Assembly: GCA_963834345.1 (NCBI GenBank)
Contig: CAWIBQ010000003.1
Span: forward strand, 39,875-103,874
DNA from: an uncultured Acidobacteriaceae bacterium
GTDB taxonomy: Bacteria; Acidobacteriota; Terriglobia; Terriglobales; Acidobacteriaceae
Direction: 5' to 3'
Length of the DNA stretch: 64,000 bases
The first letter of the stretch is position 1; every line of letters starts with the position of its first letter. Positions 48,601 to 58,356 of the stretch are shown one piece after another. Below the pieces are notes generated by a model that was not told the origin of the DNA, searched no databases, and saw nothing but the letters and a program-made list of their open reading frames with translations. A program made the translations under genes and the position numbers.

Positions 48601-50052
48601 CTACCAGTGATAGAAGGTCATCTTGTGGACATAGAGGGTGACCGATCCACTGCCCTTGCTCAGGCCGTCGATCTGAACGTTGGTCAGCAGCGTCCCCTTG
48701 GCCCAACCCAGGCTCTCACTAGCGGGATTGGTGGTGTTGCTGAAGACGTAATGAGTGCTATCGAAATTCACCCAATCGTGCGTCACGTTGCCACTGTTAT
48801 CGCGGTGATAGCCAATCTGAATGTGATGCCATGTATTTGCTGCCCAGGTCAAAGTGTTGCAGGGAACATTCGACGGCTTCCAGTGGTCCGCGCCATTTGT
48901 AATCACTGTGTATTCCCAGGTCTTCGAGTCGCTGGAGCACTGGGTGTTGAACATGATCGTCTTGCCGTCCGAAGTTACCTGGTTGAGATCCAACTCCAGA
49001 TTTTGCAGATGACTCGGATCGGTGACGTAGACGTACGTATCGAGCGCGAAATTCATCGCCGTCGGATTGTTATCGAAGGAAACGTGAAAGCGCTGACCTG
49101 CTCCATTCGAATAGGTCATATAAAACTCGCGCGCATCGTCATAGGAGGGTGTCTTTGCGGGATAGACCATCGAGCCTTGCGATGAGCCGGGCGTGCCGGT
49201 GTCGTGTTGGTCCGCCCAAGCGCTCAAGCCATCCAGGTTCGCGGAGGCAACAGCGTTGGAGGGCAGCGAGCTGAGCGTGCCGGAGCCCGAGGAGCCTGAA
49301 GTCCCACCGCCGCTGGACGTACTACCGCCGCCTATCGTGAACGTGGAGCTCACCACGGGGCAAATGACGCCCCCGCTTAGCCAGGACTTGAAGTGAATCG
49401 TGTGGGTTCCGGAGGCGATAGCAACTCCGGTAGCGTCAATAACGGAAGCAGACGATCCCGCGAACAGTGTGGAATTGTTATCGATCGAGTAGTCGAACGA
49501 TACCGGCGCTTTTCCGTTGCATCCGGTGTTGTGGGCCTCTACCAATATGGGCGATGAAAGGCCCTTGGCTCCATTGACCGGGCTCGTGACCGTGATGCCC
49601 GCGCCGCTGGGTGGAGGAGTGGAACCTGACGATCCGCTACTGGATCCGCCGGAGACCGTAAATGTAGTGCTGACCGTCGGGCACTCGCCGCTGCTTACCC
49701 ACGACTTGTAATGGATCGTGTGCGTACCTGCGGACATTGCGGCTGTGGTGTCAATGTCGTTGAGCGTGACACCCTTCACCAGCGTGGCGCTATTGTCGAC
49801 CGAATAGACGAAAGATGTGGGCGTCAGGCCGTTGCATCCTACGTTATGTGCGCGCACCCACACCGGAGAAGAAACCGTAGTGCCATTCACCGGGCTTGCC
49901 ACAGTGATATCTGCTCCGAATGCGGATTGACTCAACGCGAACCCGGAGAACGCTATAACCAGGAACGACCTGACGCGGGAATGTAACAAGCATCCAACAA
50001 GTGAATAAAACGATCTTTCAATGAACAATGCATCTCTCCTGGTTGAAAACAC
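48601..50052 (-). CDS. Secreted protein: two tandem Ig-like repeats + Gly/Ser linkers + uncharacterised C-terminal module (paralogue of 41397-42260)
   Basis: Repeat 1 ADITVASPVNGTTVSSPVWVRAHNVGCNG...GTHTIHYKSW...CP.VS.TFT and repeat 2 AGITVTSPVNGAKGLSSPILVEAHNTGCNG...GTHTIHFKSW...CPVVSSTFT. The C-terminus is shared with 41397-42260. An alternative TTG start at 49989 gives a cleaner signal peptide. Confidence 0.7.
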   Translation of the reverse strand: MFSTRRDALFIERSFYSLVGCLLHSRVRSFLVIAFSGFALSQSAFGADITVASPVNGTTVSSPVWVRAHNVGCNGLTPTSFVYSVDNSATLVKGVTLNDIDTTAAMSAGTHTIHYKSWVSSGECPTVSTTFTVSGGSSSGSSGSTPPPSGAGITVTSPVNGAKGLSSPILVEAHNTGCNGKAPVSFDYSIDNNSTLFAGSSASVIDATGVAIASGTHTIHFKSWLSGGVICPVVSSTFTIGGGSTSSGGGTSGSSGSGTLSSLPSNAVASANLDGLSAWADQHDTGTPGSSQGSMVYPAKTPSYDDAREFYMTYSNGAGQRFHVSFDNNPTAMNFALDTYVYVTDPSHLQNLELDLNQVTSDGKTIMFNTQCSSDSKTWEYTVITNGADHWKPSNVPCNTLTWAANTWHHIQIGYHRDNSGNVTHDWVNFDSTHYVFSNTTNPASESLGWAKGTLLTNVQIDGLSKGSGSVTLYVHKMTFYHW

Positions 50053-50815
50053 ATACTTCGTTGCTAGCCTCGCATCGAGTGCGAAACTATCGAATGCTCA
50101 TGCGCAATGACACAGCAATGCGCTACGATCCTTCGGCTTAAAACGAAGAACAGGATCGATCAGCAAAACAAATGTTGGTTAGTCGCACTTATCGAAGGCA
50201 GGCACAAACGCTGACCGATCTGCAAATCAGGGACAGCGTGAATCGAAATGAGCGCAGCCCCCGCCGGCAATAGCGGTGCGGCCGCTCTCGAATCTCGTCT
50301 CTTTAGGAAAGCATCCTTTGAAACGGGAGAGTTATTGTGTGATTTCTATTGCGAATAATACATACTTCGCCGCATTTGCGAAGCATTAAAGCAAATTATT
50401 TCTCTAAATAAAAATGCTTGCGCAAGAGCGCACGGTATCTCGGTGCGCCATTTCTACTCTGTGCAGATAGAACAATTTTCGCGGCCTGATTGCGTTAACA
50501 ATTTCCTCCGCATTTGGCGAAGCACACAAAAAGCCGCGACATATGCACCTTTCTTCGATTCTTGACGAACTTAAGCCATTGCAGGATGAATGGGAAAAAA
50601 AGACGAATCCCGTCGCTGACTCGTAGATCCACCAATTCCCGATTGGGCACTCCTATAAGCTAGTGAGTCCGGTCCTCATCGATCCGAACTCCCCGATTGA
50701 AGTGCGCGCGCAATGAAGAGGAACATTGTGGCACTCGGAAGATCGGGATATCGGCCTCCAGAGCCGCGCCGCAGTCCATAGACTGGCCTCACCTCTTAGC
50801 ACGCGAGAGGCGCAC

Positions 50816-53370
50816 GTGATCCCTTCCCTGTTGAGCGATCTTCGATACGCCCTGCGGCAGATGCGCCGCACACCCATCCTCACCATCACGGCGATTCTCA
50901 CCCTGGGATTAGGCATCGGCGCCACAACTGCGGTCTTCTCACTCATCTATGCCGTGATGCTCAAGTCCCTGCCAGTCGAAGATCCAGGCGCCCTCTATCG
51001 CATCGGCACCGGCAAGATATGCTGCTACTCCGGCAGTCCTGAGGGCGAGTGGGGAATATTCTCCTACGACTTCTATCAGCGGCTGCGGAGCGCTGCCGCC
51101 CCCGAGTTCGATCAGGTCGCCGCCTTTCAGGCGAAACCCGACGTCGTCAGCGTCCGACATGGTTCTCATCAGGCGCAGGCCCAGGCGCTCATCTGTTCCT
51201 ACGTCAGCGGCAACTACTTTCAGACGCTCGGCATTCGGCCCTTCGTGGGACGCCTCTTCACCTTTGCAGACGACACCCGCAACGCAGACCCGGTCATCGT
51301 GCTCAGCTACAGCAGTTGGCAGCGAGATTTCGGCGGCAACCCCTCCATCATCGGATCGACGATCACCGTCGAGAACATGCCCTTCACCGTCGTCGGCGTC
51401 ACACCGCCGGGCTTCTACGGTGAGACGCTCACCAGCACGCCTCCCTCGCTCTGGGTCACGCTGCGAGCGGAGTATCTCACCGACGGCAATGGCTCCTACA
51501 ATCTCGTCCCCTCGAGCGCGTGGCTGCGGATCATCGGCCGGCTTCATCCAGGCGCATCACCTGCTGGCGCCTCTGCACGGCTCACCGCGATGCTGCGCCA
51601 CTGGCTGGTCACGGATGCCGCCATGATGCCGGACAACCGCGCCGAGCTGCTGCGCGAGTTGCCCCAGCAGAATCTCTCGATCGAGCTCGGCGGCCTCGGG
51701 CGTCGGCATGATGCGCGATAGTTATGGCAGCAGCCTCGGCATCCTGCTCGGCATCTGCGCTCTCGTTCTGTTGATTGCCTGCGCCAACGTTGCAAATCTG
51801 CTGCTCGCGCGCGGACTCTCGCGCCGCCCGCAAACCGCCATCCGCAGTGCGCTCGGTGCATCCCGGCGGCGTTTGGTACGGCAGGCCCTCACCGAAAGTC
51901 TGCTGCTGGGAGCGATGGGAGGCGTTGCCGGCATCCTGATTGCGTTCGCCTCAGCGCGGCTTCTTGTTTTGATCACCTTCCGCCAGGCGGGCGCCATCCA
52001 CGTAGGGCTGTCGTGGCCGATGCTTAGCGCCTGCTTCGCCCTCGCGCTGCTGAGCGGTGTGCTCTTCGGCACCATTCCCGCGTGGCTGCTCTCGCGCACC
52101 AATCCGATCGAAGCGGTGCGCGGCTTTCAGCGAACGACGACCGATGGCTCGGCGCGGTTGCGCCAGGGCCTGGTGGTGCTGCAGACGGCAGTCTCCATCG
52201 CATTGCTTGCCGGCGCCAGCCTGCTAACGCGCAGCCTCCTGAAGATCGAGCACCAGAACTTTGGATTCGCAACGCACAATCGCATCAGCGTCATCATGGA
52301 GCCGCCCCTGGCCGCCTATACCGCGGACCACCTGAATGTGCTCTATCGGGAGTTGGAGCAGAGGCTTCGCGCTCTGCCCGGCGTCGAGGGCGCAAGCGTC
52401 GCTCTCTACAGCCCTTTCAGCGGCGCATTCCGCCAGACCATCGTGAAGCCGGGGGAGGGCATGCCGCGCACGGACGGCTCCCAGTCCGCGCTGTGGGATC
52501 GCATCAGTCCTGGCTATTTTGCAACCATGGGCCAGCATCTTGTTGAGGGCCGCGACTTCACAGATGCCGATAACCAGGCCACGCGAGGCGTCGCGGTCGT
52601 GAATCAGGCCTTCGTCCGCCGCTTTTTCCCCGGCGATAATCCGGTTGGCAAACTCTTCGGCTTTGCCGCACCAGAGAACAGCGCCAGCCTCCAGATTGTT
52701 GGCGTCGTCCAGGATGCCAAGTACATAGACCCTGACCGTCCGGCGACGCCCATGGTCTTCGCTCCGCTCGCGCAAAGCATCGTCTACACACAGCCGATCC
52801 AGCAGGACGATGAGAAATGGAGCCACTTCATCGCCAGCGCGCAGGTATGGACATCCTGCGAGCGATCTAGGCGCCATCGAGCCGCGCATCCGGGAGGCCT
52901 TCCGCGAGGTTGATCCGAACTTTGCCATCACCCGAATTCAGACCATGCAGGAACAGGTAGATGTGAATTTCGACCAGCAGCGTCTGCTTGCTCGATTGAG
53001 CGGCTTGTTTGGAGCATTGGCCCTCCTGCTCGCCTCCATCGGGCTGTATGGTGTAATGGCTTACAGCGTGACGCAGCGCACGAATGAGATCGGCATACGC
53101 ATGGCGATCGGCGCCAATCGCATGCACATCGCAACACTGATTCTGCGCAGCGCCTTTGCGCAGATTCTGCTTGGCCTCACGCTTGGCATCCCGATCGCGA
53201 TTGCGGTGGGCCATCTGCTGCGCTCCCGGCTCTACGAGTTGGACGCCATCGATCCGCTTTCCCTGCTGCTGCCGACAGGAGTTCTGTTGCTCTGCGCGCT
53301 GCTCGCCAGCGCTTTGCCGGCGCGGCACGCCGCTTCGATCGAGCCGCTAGAAGCATTGCGGACAGAATGA
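50816..53370 (+). pseudogene. ADOP-type duplicated FtsX/MacB-like permease, split into three frames (breaks near 51685-51707 and 52840-52855)
   Basis: LSDLRYALRQMRRTPILTITAILTLGLGIGATTAVFS N-terminus (GTG 50816 with GAGAGG SD). First FtsX block LIACANVANLLLARG lies in ORF 51708-52913. Second FtsX block LLLASIGLYGVMAYSVTQRTNEIGIRMAIGA lies in ORF 52810-53370. Confidence 0.8.
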
Positions 53371-53487
53371 ATGTATGCGCGGAGCGTTCGAGCCCTCATC
53401 TCATAAATGTCATGACCGGCAAAGCAGCTCCGACTATGCTGTGTCAGGTCTCCCGCATGTTCCCCCGATCGAAAGGAACGGATAAGC

Positions 53488-54315
53488 ATGAGAAAGAAAG
53501 CTATCCATCATCCAAGATTGTGTCTTGCGCTCGTAACAGTCATCGCTCTCCACGTCGCGCTTACAGCATCAGCCCAGGTGAATTCTGCCCAGATGAAGCA
53601 GACCAGAACGATTGAGATCGGCGAGTTCAGCCAGCAGGTGCACCTCTCGCTGGAGGTCGGCGACACGCTGCGCGTTGTGCTTCCCTCGACACCTTCCACT
53701 GGCTACAGCTGGCACGTCGCCAGCGCGAGCACCGTGCTCAAGGCGAAAGGCTCCGGCATCACGCCCGCGCCCCAGAAGAATGTGGGTGGTGCCGGAAGGC
53801 AGAGCCTCGCCTTTGTGGCTGCGGCAACCGGACAGGATGACCTGATGCTCAACTACAGCCGGCCATGGGAGAAGGGCAAACCGGCAGCGCGGCAATACAT
53901 GATCGGAGTGACGGTAGCTGACGCGGGCGCCGCCAATACCGCATCGCCCGTCCAGGTAGCCGGAGGCATCCTGCAAGGCACCTATAGCGGCAAGTTGCCC
54001 TGCGCGGACTGCAGCGCCCTGCTTACTTCAATCGCCTTCTATGCAGAGGGATCACCGCAATCGCCCGCCGGATATTACGTGCGCACCAGCACCTACATGG
54101 GAGCGCCGAAGGGCAACGTGGTTTCGATTGACGCCGGCCACTATCTGCTGCAAAAGGGCACGCCGGATACGCCGGACCGTACCGTGTTCAGCTTGCAGTC
54201 CAATACGTCGGACAACCTCGAAAGCTATCTGCTTCAGGGCGATAGCCTCGTGCCGCTGGACAGCGACGGCAATCCCATCCATGCGCCCTTCGACATGAAC
54301 CTGAAAAAGCAATGA
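53488..54315 (+). CDS. Secreted fusion: chagasin-like peptidase inhibitor I42 domain + NlpE-N-like domain
   Basis: Signal peptide. LEVGDTLRVVLPSTPSTGYSWHV (I42 signature xPTTGYxW). C-terminal GTYSGKLPCADCSALLTSIAFYAEG (NlpE N-terminal LPCADC-type motif). Confidence 0.65.
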   Translation: MRKKAIHHPRLCLALVTVIALHVALTASAQVNSAQMKQTRTIEIGEFSQQVHLSLEVGDTLRVVLPSTPSTGYSWHVASASTVLKAKGSGITPAPQKNVGGAGRQSLAFVAAATGQDDLMLNYSRPWEKGKPAARQYMIGVTVADAGAANTASPVQVAGGILQGTYSGKLPCADCSALLTSIAFYAEGSPQSPAGYYVRTSTYMGAPKGNVVSIDAGHYLLQKGTPDTPDRTVFSLQSNTSDNLESYLLQGDSLVPLDSDGNPIHAPFDMNLKKQ

Positions 54316-54404
54316 GCCTGAAGAAGCAGCCTTAGCTAAACCAGGCAAGAACGTGATCGCTCGTTGTCCCGTGCTCTACCATCAAGAGAGCTCGTCCCCC
54401 GTCT

Positions 54405-54908
54405 ATGTCTGAACTATCCCACCTACGTGAACAGATCGAGCTCATTGCGCGGCACGAACAGGATTTCCTGGCTCGCCGCACTCGTTCGGAACGTGTCGGA
54501 GATGCGATAGGGGCTTCCATCGGCAGCCTGTGGTTCATCGGCCTGCATGTCTGCTGGATTGGAGTATGGATAGCGCTGAACACATTGCATGTCACCCATC
54601 ACTTCGATCCGAAGCCCTTCCCTCTGCTCGACAGCGTCGTCGCCATTGAAGCGATCTTTCTCGCGAGCTTCATCGTGATGCGGCAAGGCCGTCTCGGCCG
54701 GCGATCGGATGAACGGGATCACCTCATCCTGCAGATCCTTATTCTGACGGAGCGCGAAATCACCGCCGTCCTCGGCATAGAGCGCGAAGTTGCTACGCGA
54801 TTGGGCCTCAAGAACGTGGCAGCAGACGAGAATATCGAGCGGTTGAGCCAGGACACGCCCATCGATGAAATCAGCCAGAAACTCCAGGAGCATCTGCCCG
54901 ACTCCTGA
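54405..54908 (+). CDS. DUF1003-family membrane protein
   Basis: Two TM helices (LWFIGLHVCWIGVWIALN; VVAIEAIFLASFIVM) in the DUF1003 arrangement with FDPKPFPLL between them. Confidence 0.65.
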   Translation: MSELSHLREQIELIARHEQDFLARRTRSERVGDAIGASIGSLWFIGLHVCWIGVWIALNTLHVTHHFDPKPFPLLDSVVAIEAIFLASFIVMRQGRLGRRSDERDHLILQILILTEREITAVLGIEREVATRLGLKNVAADENIERLSQDTPIDEISQKLQEHLPDS

Positions 54909-54976
54909 AATTCCCCCCGACGGCAGCATTCGCGAACTCAAGCCGACCCGCGCCTGCCCCCATCTCCGGTCTTCTC

Positions 54977-55423
54977 TCAGAGCCGCTTCGGCTTGCGGAA
55001 GGCGTAGATGACGGCAAGGATCGGGGGCGCCAGCAGCACGCCCCAGAATGGCGTGATGGGGTTGAATGCAAGCACCAGCGGAACCAGGATCGATGCCCAC
55101 AACGGCACCCGCGCCATCCGCTTCATCAGCCAAGGCTGCAGCACCAGCTGGTCGATCACCACGATGATCGCGTAGATACCCAGCAGGAACGCTAGCCGGT
55201 CATAGTCCTTGCCTTGAAACAGAATGGACAATACCGGGCCGATCAGCGCGATGACACCGCCGATATTCGGCACGAAGGCCATCAGCCCTGCCACCAGTGC
55301 CCACGCCGGAGCCAGCGGCACACGGAGTATCTCCAACCCGATCAGCCACAGTACCGCAACACACAGCGCCTCAATCGAAACAGCGCGCCACCAGTTCACC
55401 AGCGCAGTGCCGGCAGTGCGCAT
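54977..55423 (-). CDS. AI-2E (PerM/UPF0118) family transporter-like protein, C-terminal half only
   Basis: LWLIGLEILRVPLAPAWALVAGLMAFVPNIGGVIALIGPVL matches the conserved AI-2E core, but only about 4 TM segments are present. A Pro-rich ORF (55371-55610) lies one frame away upstream. Confidence 0.55.
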   Translation of the reverse strand: MRTAGTALVNWWRAVSIEALCVAVLWLIGLEILRVPLAPAWALVAGLMAFVPNIGGVIALIGPVLSILFQGKDYDRLAFLLGIYAIIVVIDQLVLQPWLMKRMARVPLWASILVPLVLAFNPITPFWGVLLAPPILAVIYAFRKPKRL

Positions 55424-55665
55424 GATGCTGCCCCGCCGATGGCCGTCCGCTGATGGTCGGAGTCGCCTGTTCTATGACAGCCGGCTGCGTCTTCGCGTAT
55501 CCGATTGGTTGCTCCGGACGAACCTCTGGAAGCTCGATGACAGGCGGCTGCGCTGGTTCGTACGGCACAGGCGCTGTCGGCTCGTCCTTTGGCTGAGGTT
55601 CATCGTCCATTTGGCTGGTCCACTCCTTCGTGTCCCTCGCTTAGACTCGGGAAACGGATGAATTG

Positions 55666-56244
55666 ATGTTCTTCTTTAGACGTCCGACAGCGCAACGCAT
55701 CGATCGCTTTCGCCAAATGGCGACGCGGGACACCTTCTCGTACCCGGAGGTCGGTGCGACGCTCAAGGGCGAGATTCCCGAACAATACAACCTGGACCGC
55801 AATCGAGTCCGCCTGGGTGAGGGTGCAGTCACCTTCGAGCGTGCCTCTGTAGCGCTCTGCAACTGGAAGATGTTTGACATCGGGTGGGTCGAGCTGCTGC
55901 ATCCGGGCGACCCTGTCGCTCCTGGACAGACGGTGCTCGTGCTGGCACGCACGTGTGGCCTCTACTCGCTTAGCGCCACCCGGGTGATCGCGATGATCGA
56001 TGATGACACCGGCCACGTGCGGCGGCGCGGCTTCAGTTATGGCACACTCCAGCACCATGTGGAACGAGGCGAAGAGCGCTTCAGCATCGAGCACCACCTG
56101 AAAGATGACTCGGTGTGGTACGACATCCTGGCATTCTCGGTGCCACAGCATCCGTTTGCACGGATCGCCTATCCGCTTTCCCGAGCCGCACAGCGCCATT
56201 TCGCTCGAGACTCAAAGGCAGCAATGCTGCGCGCAATCTTCTGA
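55666..56244 (+). CDS. DUF1990-family protein
   Basis: FSYPEVGAT ... [20 protein letters not shown] ... [21 protein letters not shown], typical of DUF1990. Confidence 0.7.
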   Translation: MFFFRRPTAQRIDRFRQMATRDTFSYPEVGATLKGEIPEQYNLDRNRVRLGEGAVTFERASVALCNWKMFDIGWVELLHPGDPVAPGQTVLVLARTCGLYSLSATRVIAMIDDDTGHVRRRGFSYGTLQHHVERGEERFSIEHHLKDDSVWYDILAFSVPQHPFARIAYPLSRAAQRHFARDSKAAMLRAIF

Positions 56245-56282
56245 CTTCTCAAAGCAGAGGCACACTTTGTTACCCTAAAAGT

Positions 56283-56996
56283 ATGAAATTCGGCGTCCTC
56301 GTCTTCCCGGGCTCCAACTGCGACCACGACACCTACAACGTCATCGAGCAGATTGCGCACCAGCCGGTCACCATGCTTTGGCATGAATCCGAAGACCTCC
56401 AGGGCTGCGATGCCATCCTGGTGCCCGGCGGCTTCGCCTACGGCGACTACCTGCGCACCGGCGCCATCGCACACTTCGCCCCGGTCATGCAGTCGGTCAA
56501 GCGCTTCGCCGCCTCGGGCGGCCTCGTGCTCGGCATCTGCAATGGCTTCCAGATCCTCTGCGAGTCAGGCCTCCTGCCCGGCGCGCTGATGCGCAATGCC
56601 GGCCTGAAATACATCTGCAAGCAGGTGCACCTGCGCACCGAAAGCACCGATTCGCCCTTCACCAACGCGCTCAAAAAGGGCCAGGTGCTGCAGATCCCCA
56701 TCGGCCACATGGAAGGCAACTACTTCTGTGACGAAGCGACGCTGGCCGCGCTGAAGCGCGAGGACCGCATCCCCTTCCGCTATGCAACGCCCTCCGGCCA
56801 GATCACAACGGAAGCCAACCCCAACGGCTCGCTCGACAACATCGCCGGCGTGCTCAGTGAAGGCCGCAACGTGCTCGGCATGATGCCCCATCCCGACCGG
56901 TCGAGCGAATTGCTGCTGGGCTCCGCCGACGGCTTCCCCATCTTCCAGTCCATGATCACAGCGTTGAGTGGAGCATCCGCCGGGGCCGCGAAATAG
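56283..56996 (+). CDS. purQ: Phosphoribosylformylglycinamidine synthase, glutaminase subunit
   Basis: [38 protein letters not shown] (nucleophile Cys), MMPHPDR. Trimmed from ORF 56115. Confidence 0.9.
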   Translation: MKFGVLVFPGSNCDHDTYNVIEQIAHQPVTMLWHESEDLQGCDAILVPGGFAYGDYLRTGAIAHFAPVMQSVKRFAASGGLVLGICNGFQILCESGLLPGALMRNAGLKYICKQVHLRTESTDSPFTNALKKGQVLQIPIGHMEGNYFCDEATLAALKREDRIPFRYATPSGQITTEANPNGSLDNIAGVLSEGRNVLGMMPHPDRSSELLLGSADGFPIFQSMITALSGASAGAAK

Positions 56997-56997
56997 C

Positions 56998-57813
56998 ATG
57001 ATCGATATCCACCATCACCTCCTCCCGGGGCTGGACGATGGCGCCCGCAGTCTGGATATCTCGCTGGCCATGGTCGAGATGGCCATCGCCGATGGCATCA
57101 CGCACATCGCGTGCACTCCGCACGCCAGCCATCACTACTTCTTCAATCCGGAGCGCAACGCCGCGCTCTTCGCGGAATTGCAGGACGCCGTAAATCGGAA
57201 GTTCGGCGAGCAGGCGATCACGCTTGGCCTAGGCTGCGACTTCCACCTGATGTTCGACAACATCGAGGACGCGCAGCGCCACCCCACGCGCTACACCATC
57301 AACGGACACAACTATCTCTTGGTGGAATTCCCGGACAGCTCCATTTCGCCCAACACCGCACAGACCTTCTACCAGCTCTCGCTCTCCGGCATGACGCCCA
57401 TCATCACCCATCCGGAGCGCAATCTCATCCTCGCCCGCCAGCCCGATCGCATGCTGGAGTGGCTGAAGGCCGGGGCACTGATCCAGGTCACGGCCAGCTC
57501 CCTCACCGGGCGATTCGGCCAAGCGGCGGAGCAGGCTGCCTTCTGGCTGATGGACCATCACTGGGTCCACTTCCTCGCTACGGACGCGCACAATACCGAA
57601 TCCCGGCCGCCGCTGCTACGGCCTGCATTCGATCTGGTCGCTGAGCAGTATGACCTTGCGACTGCCGAGCGGCTCTGCATCACGAATCCTCGCGCCGCCT
57701 TTTATGGCGATGCGCTTCCTTCGCAACCCGAGCCGGCCACGCCCCATAGTATGGACTCGCGCCGTCGGCAAGCGGGGAAAACTAGCTTTTTCGGCCGGCT
57801 CTTCGGCCGTTGA
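56998..57813 (+). CDS. PHP-family tyrosine-protein phosphatase (CpsB/YwqE-like)
   Basis: MIDIHHHLLPGLDDGA, ACTPHAS, ITHPERN, LATDAHN metal-ligand motifs. Confidence 0.8.
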   Translation: MIDIHHHLLPGLDDGARSLDISLAMVEMAIADGITHIACTPHASHHYFFNPERNAALFAELQDAVNRKFGEQAITLGLGCDFHLMFDNIEDAQRHPTRYTINGHNYLLVEFPDSSISPNTAQTFYQLSLSGMTPIITHPERNLILARQPDRMLEWLKAGALIQVTASSLTGRFGQAAEQAAFWLMDHHWVHFLATDAHNTESRPPLLRPAFDLVAEQYDLATAERLCITNPRAAFYGDALPSQPEPATPHSMDSRRRQAGKTSFFGRLFGR

Positions 57814-58095
57814 TTCGGAGCTCACCCTTACCATCGTCACGGTTCATTCCGGTGGGTCCCCGTGCCCATTTCGGTGTATGGACCCTCTGCCCAACCCCTC
57901 GTAGGCTGATAGCTAAGTTAGCGAAAACTTTCTGATTTTTTACGTCTCCTTCAGAGAAGTTCACGCAACATCTGCAGGAGCGCTTCAACATAAGAAAGGG
58001 ACCCGAGCCAAGAGGTCCCGGAATTGGTGTACTTTGACCGTTCTTTCGGCAGCAGGCAGCAACAGTAGCCGTTCCCCGTTCGGCGGGGTGCGTGC

Positions 58096-58293
58096 GTGAG
58101 CGACTTCCTCGCGACGGCACTCGGCCTTGCCTTCACATTGATCGTCTGTTTGCTGGCGCTGCAGGCCATCCTCGGCCCCTGGTTGCGTCGCCGCGTTCCG
58201 AAAACCGACGCAGGCCGCTCCGACCACATGCACGCGTCGCACCGCCAGACGCGCGCCACGCAGCCCGACACGACACCCGTCCATACCGCCTAG
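58096..58293 (+). CDS. Possible small single-TM protein (hypothetical)
   Basis: GTG-started 65-aa ORF with one hydrophobic helix (LATALGLAFTLIVCLLALQAIL). No SD seen; weak. Confidence 0.3.
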   Translation: MSDFLATALGLAFTLIVCLLALQAILGPWLRRRVPKTDAGRSDHMHASHRQTRATQPDTTPVHTA

Positions 58294-58356
58294 CCGCGGG
58301 CGAGTCCCGGACACCGCTTCTCCACCGCGCTCACTGTGCGACGATGGGTCAACCCC

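Noticed and set aside
57985-58085. Small hairpins (GGGACC-N10-GGTCCC, CCCCG-ttcgg-CGGGG) and a GGTCCCGGAA string faintly reminiscent of SRP RNA domain IV in the 57814-58095 gap
   Set aside because: The match to the SRP/4.5S conserved core is only a few bases, and no overall ncRNA architecture can be drawn. It would need a covariance-model scan to say more.
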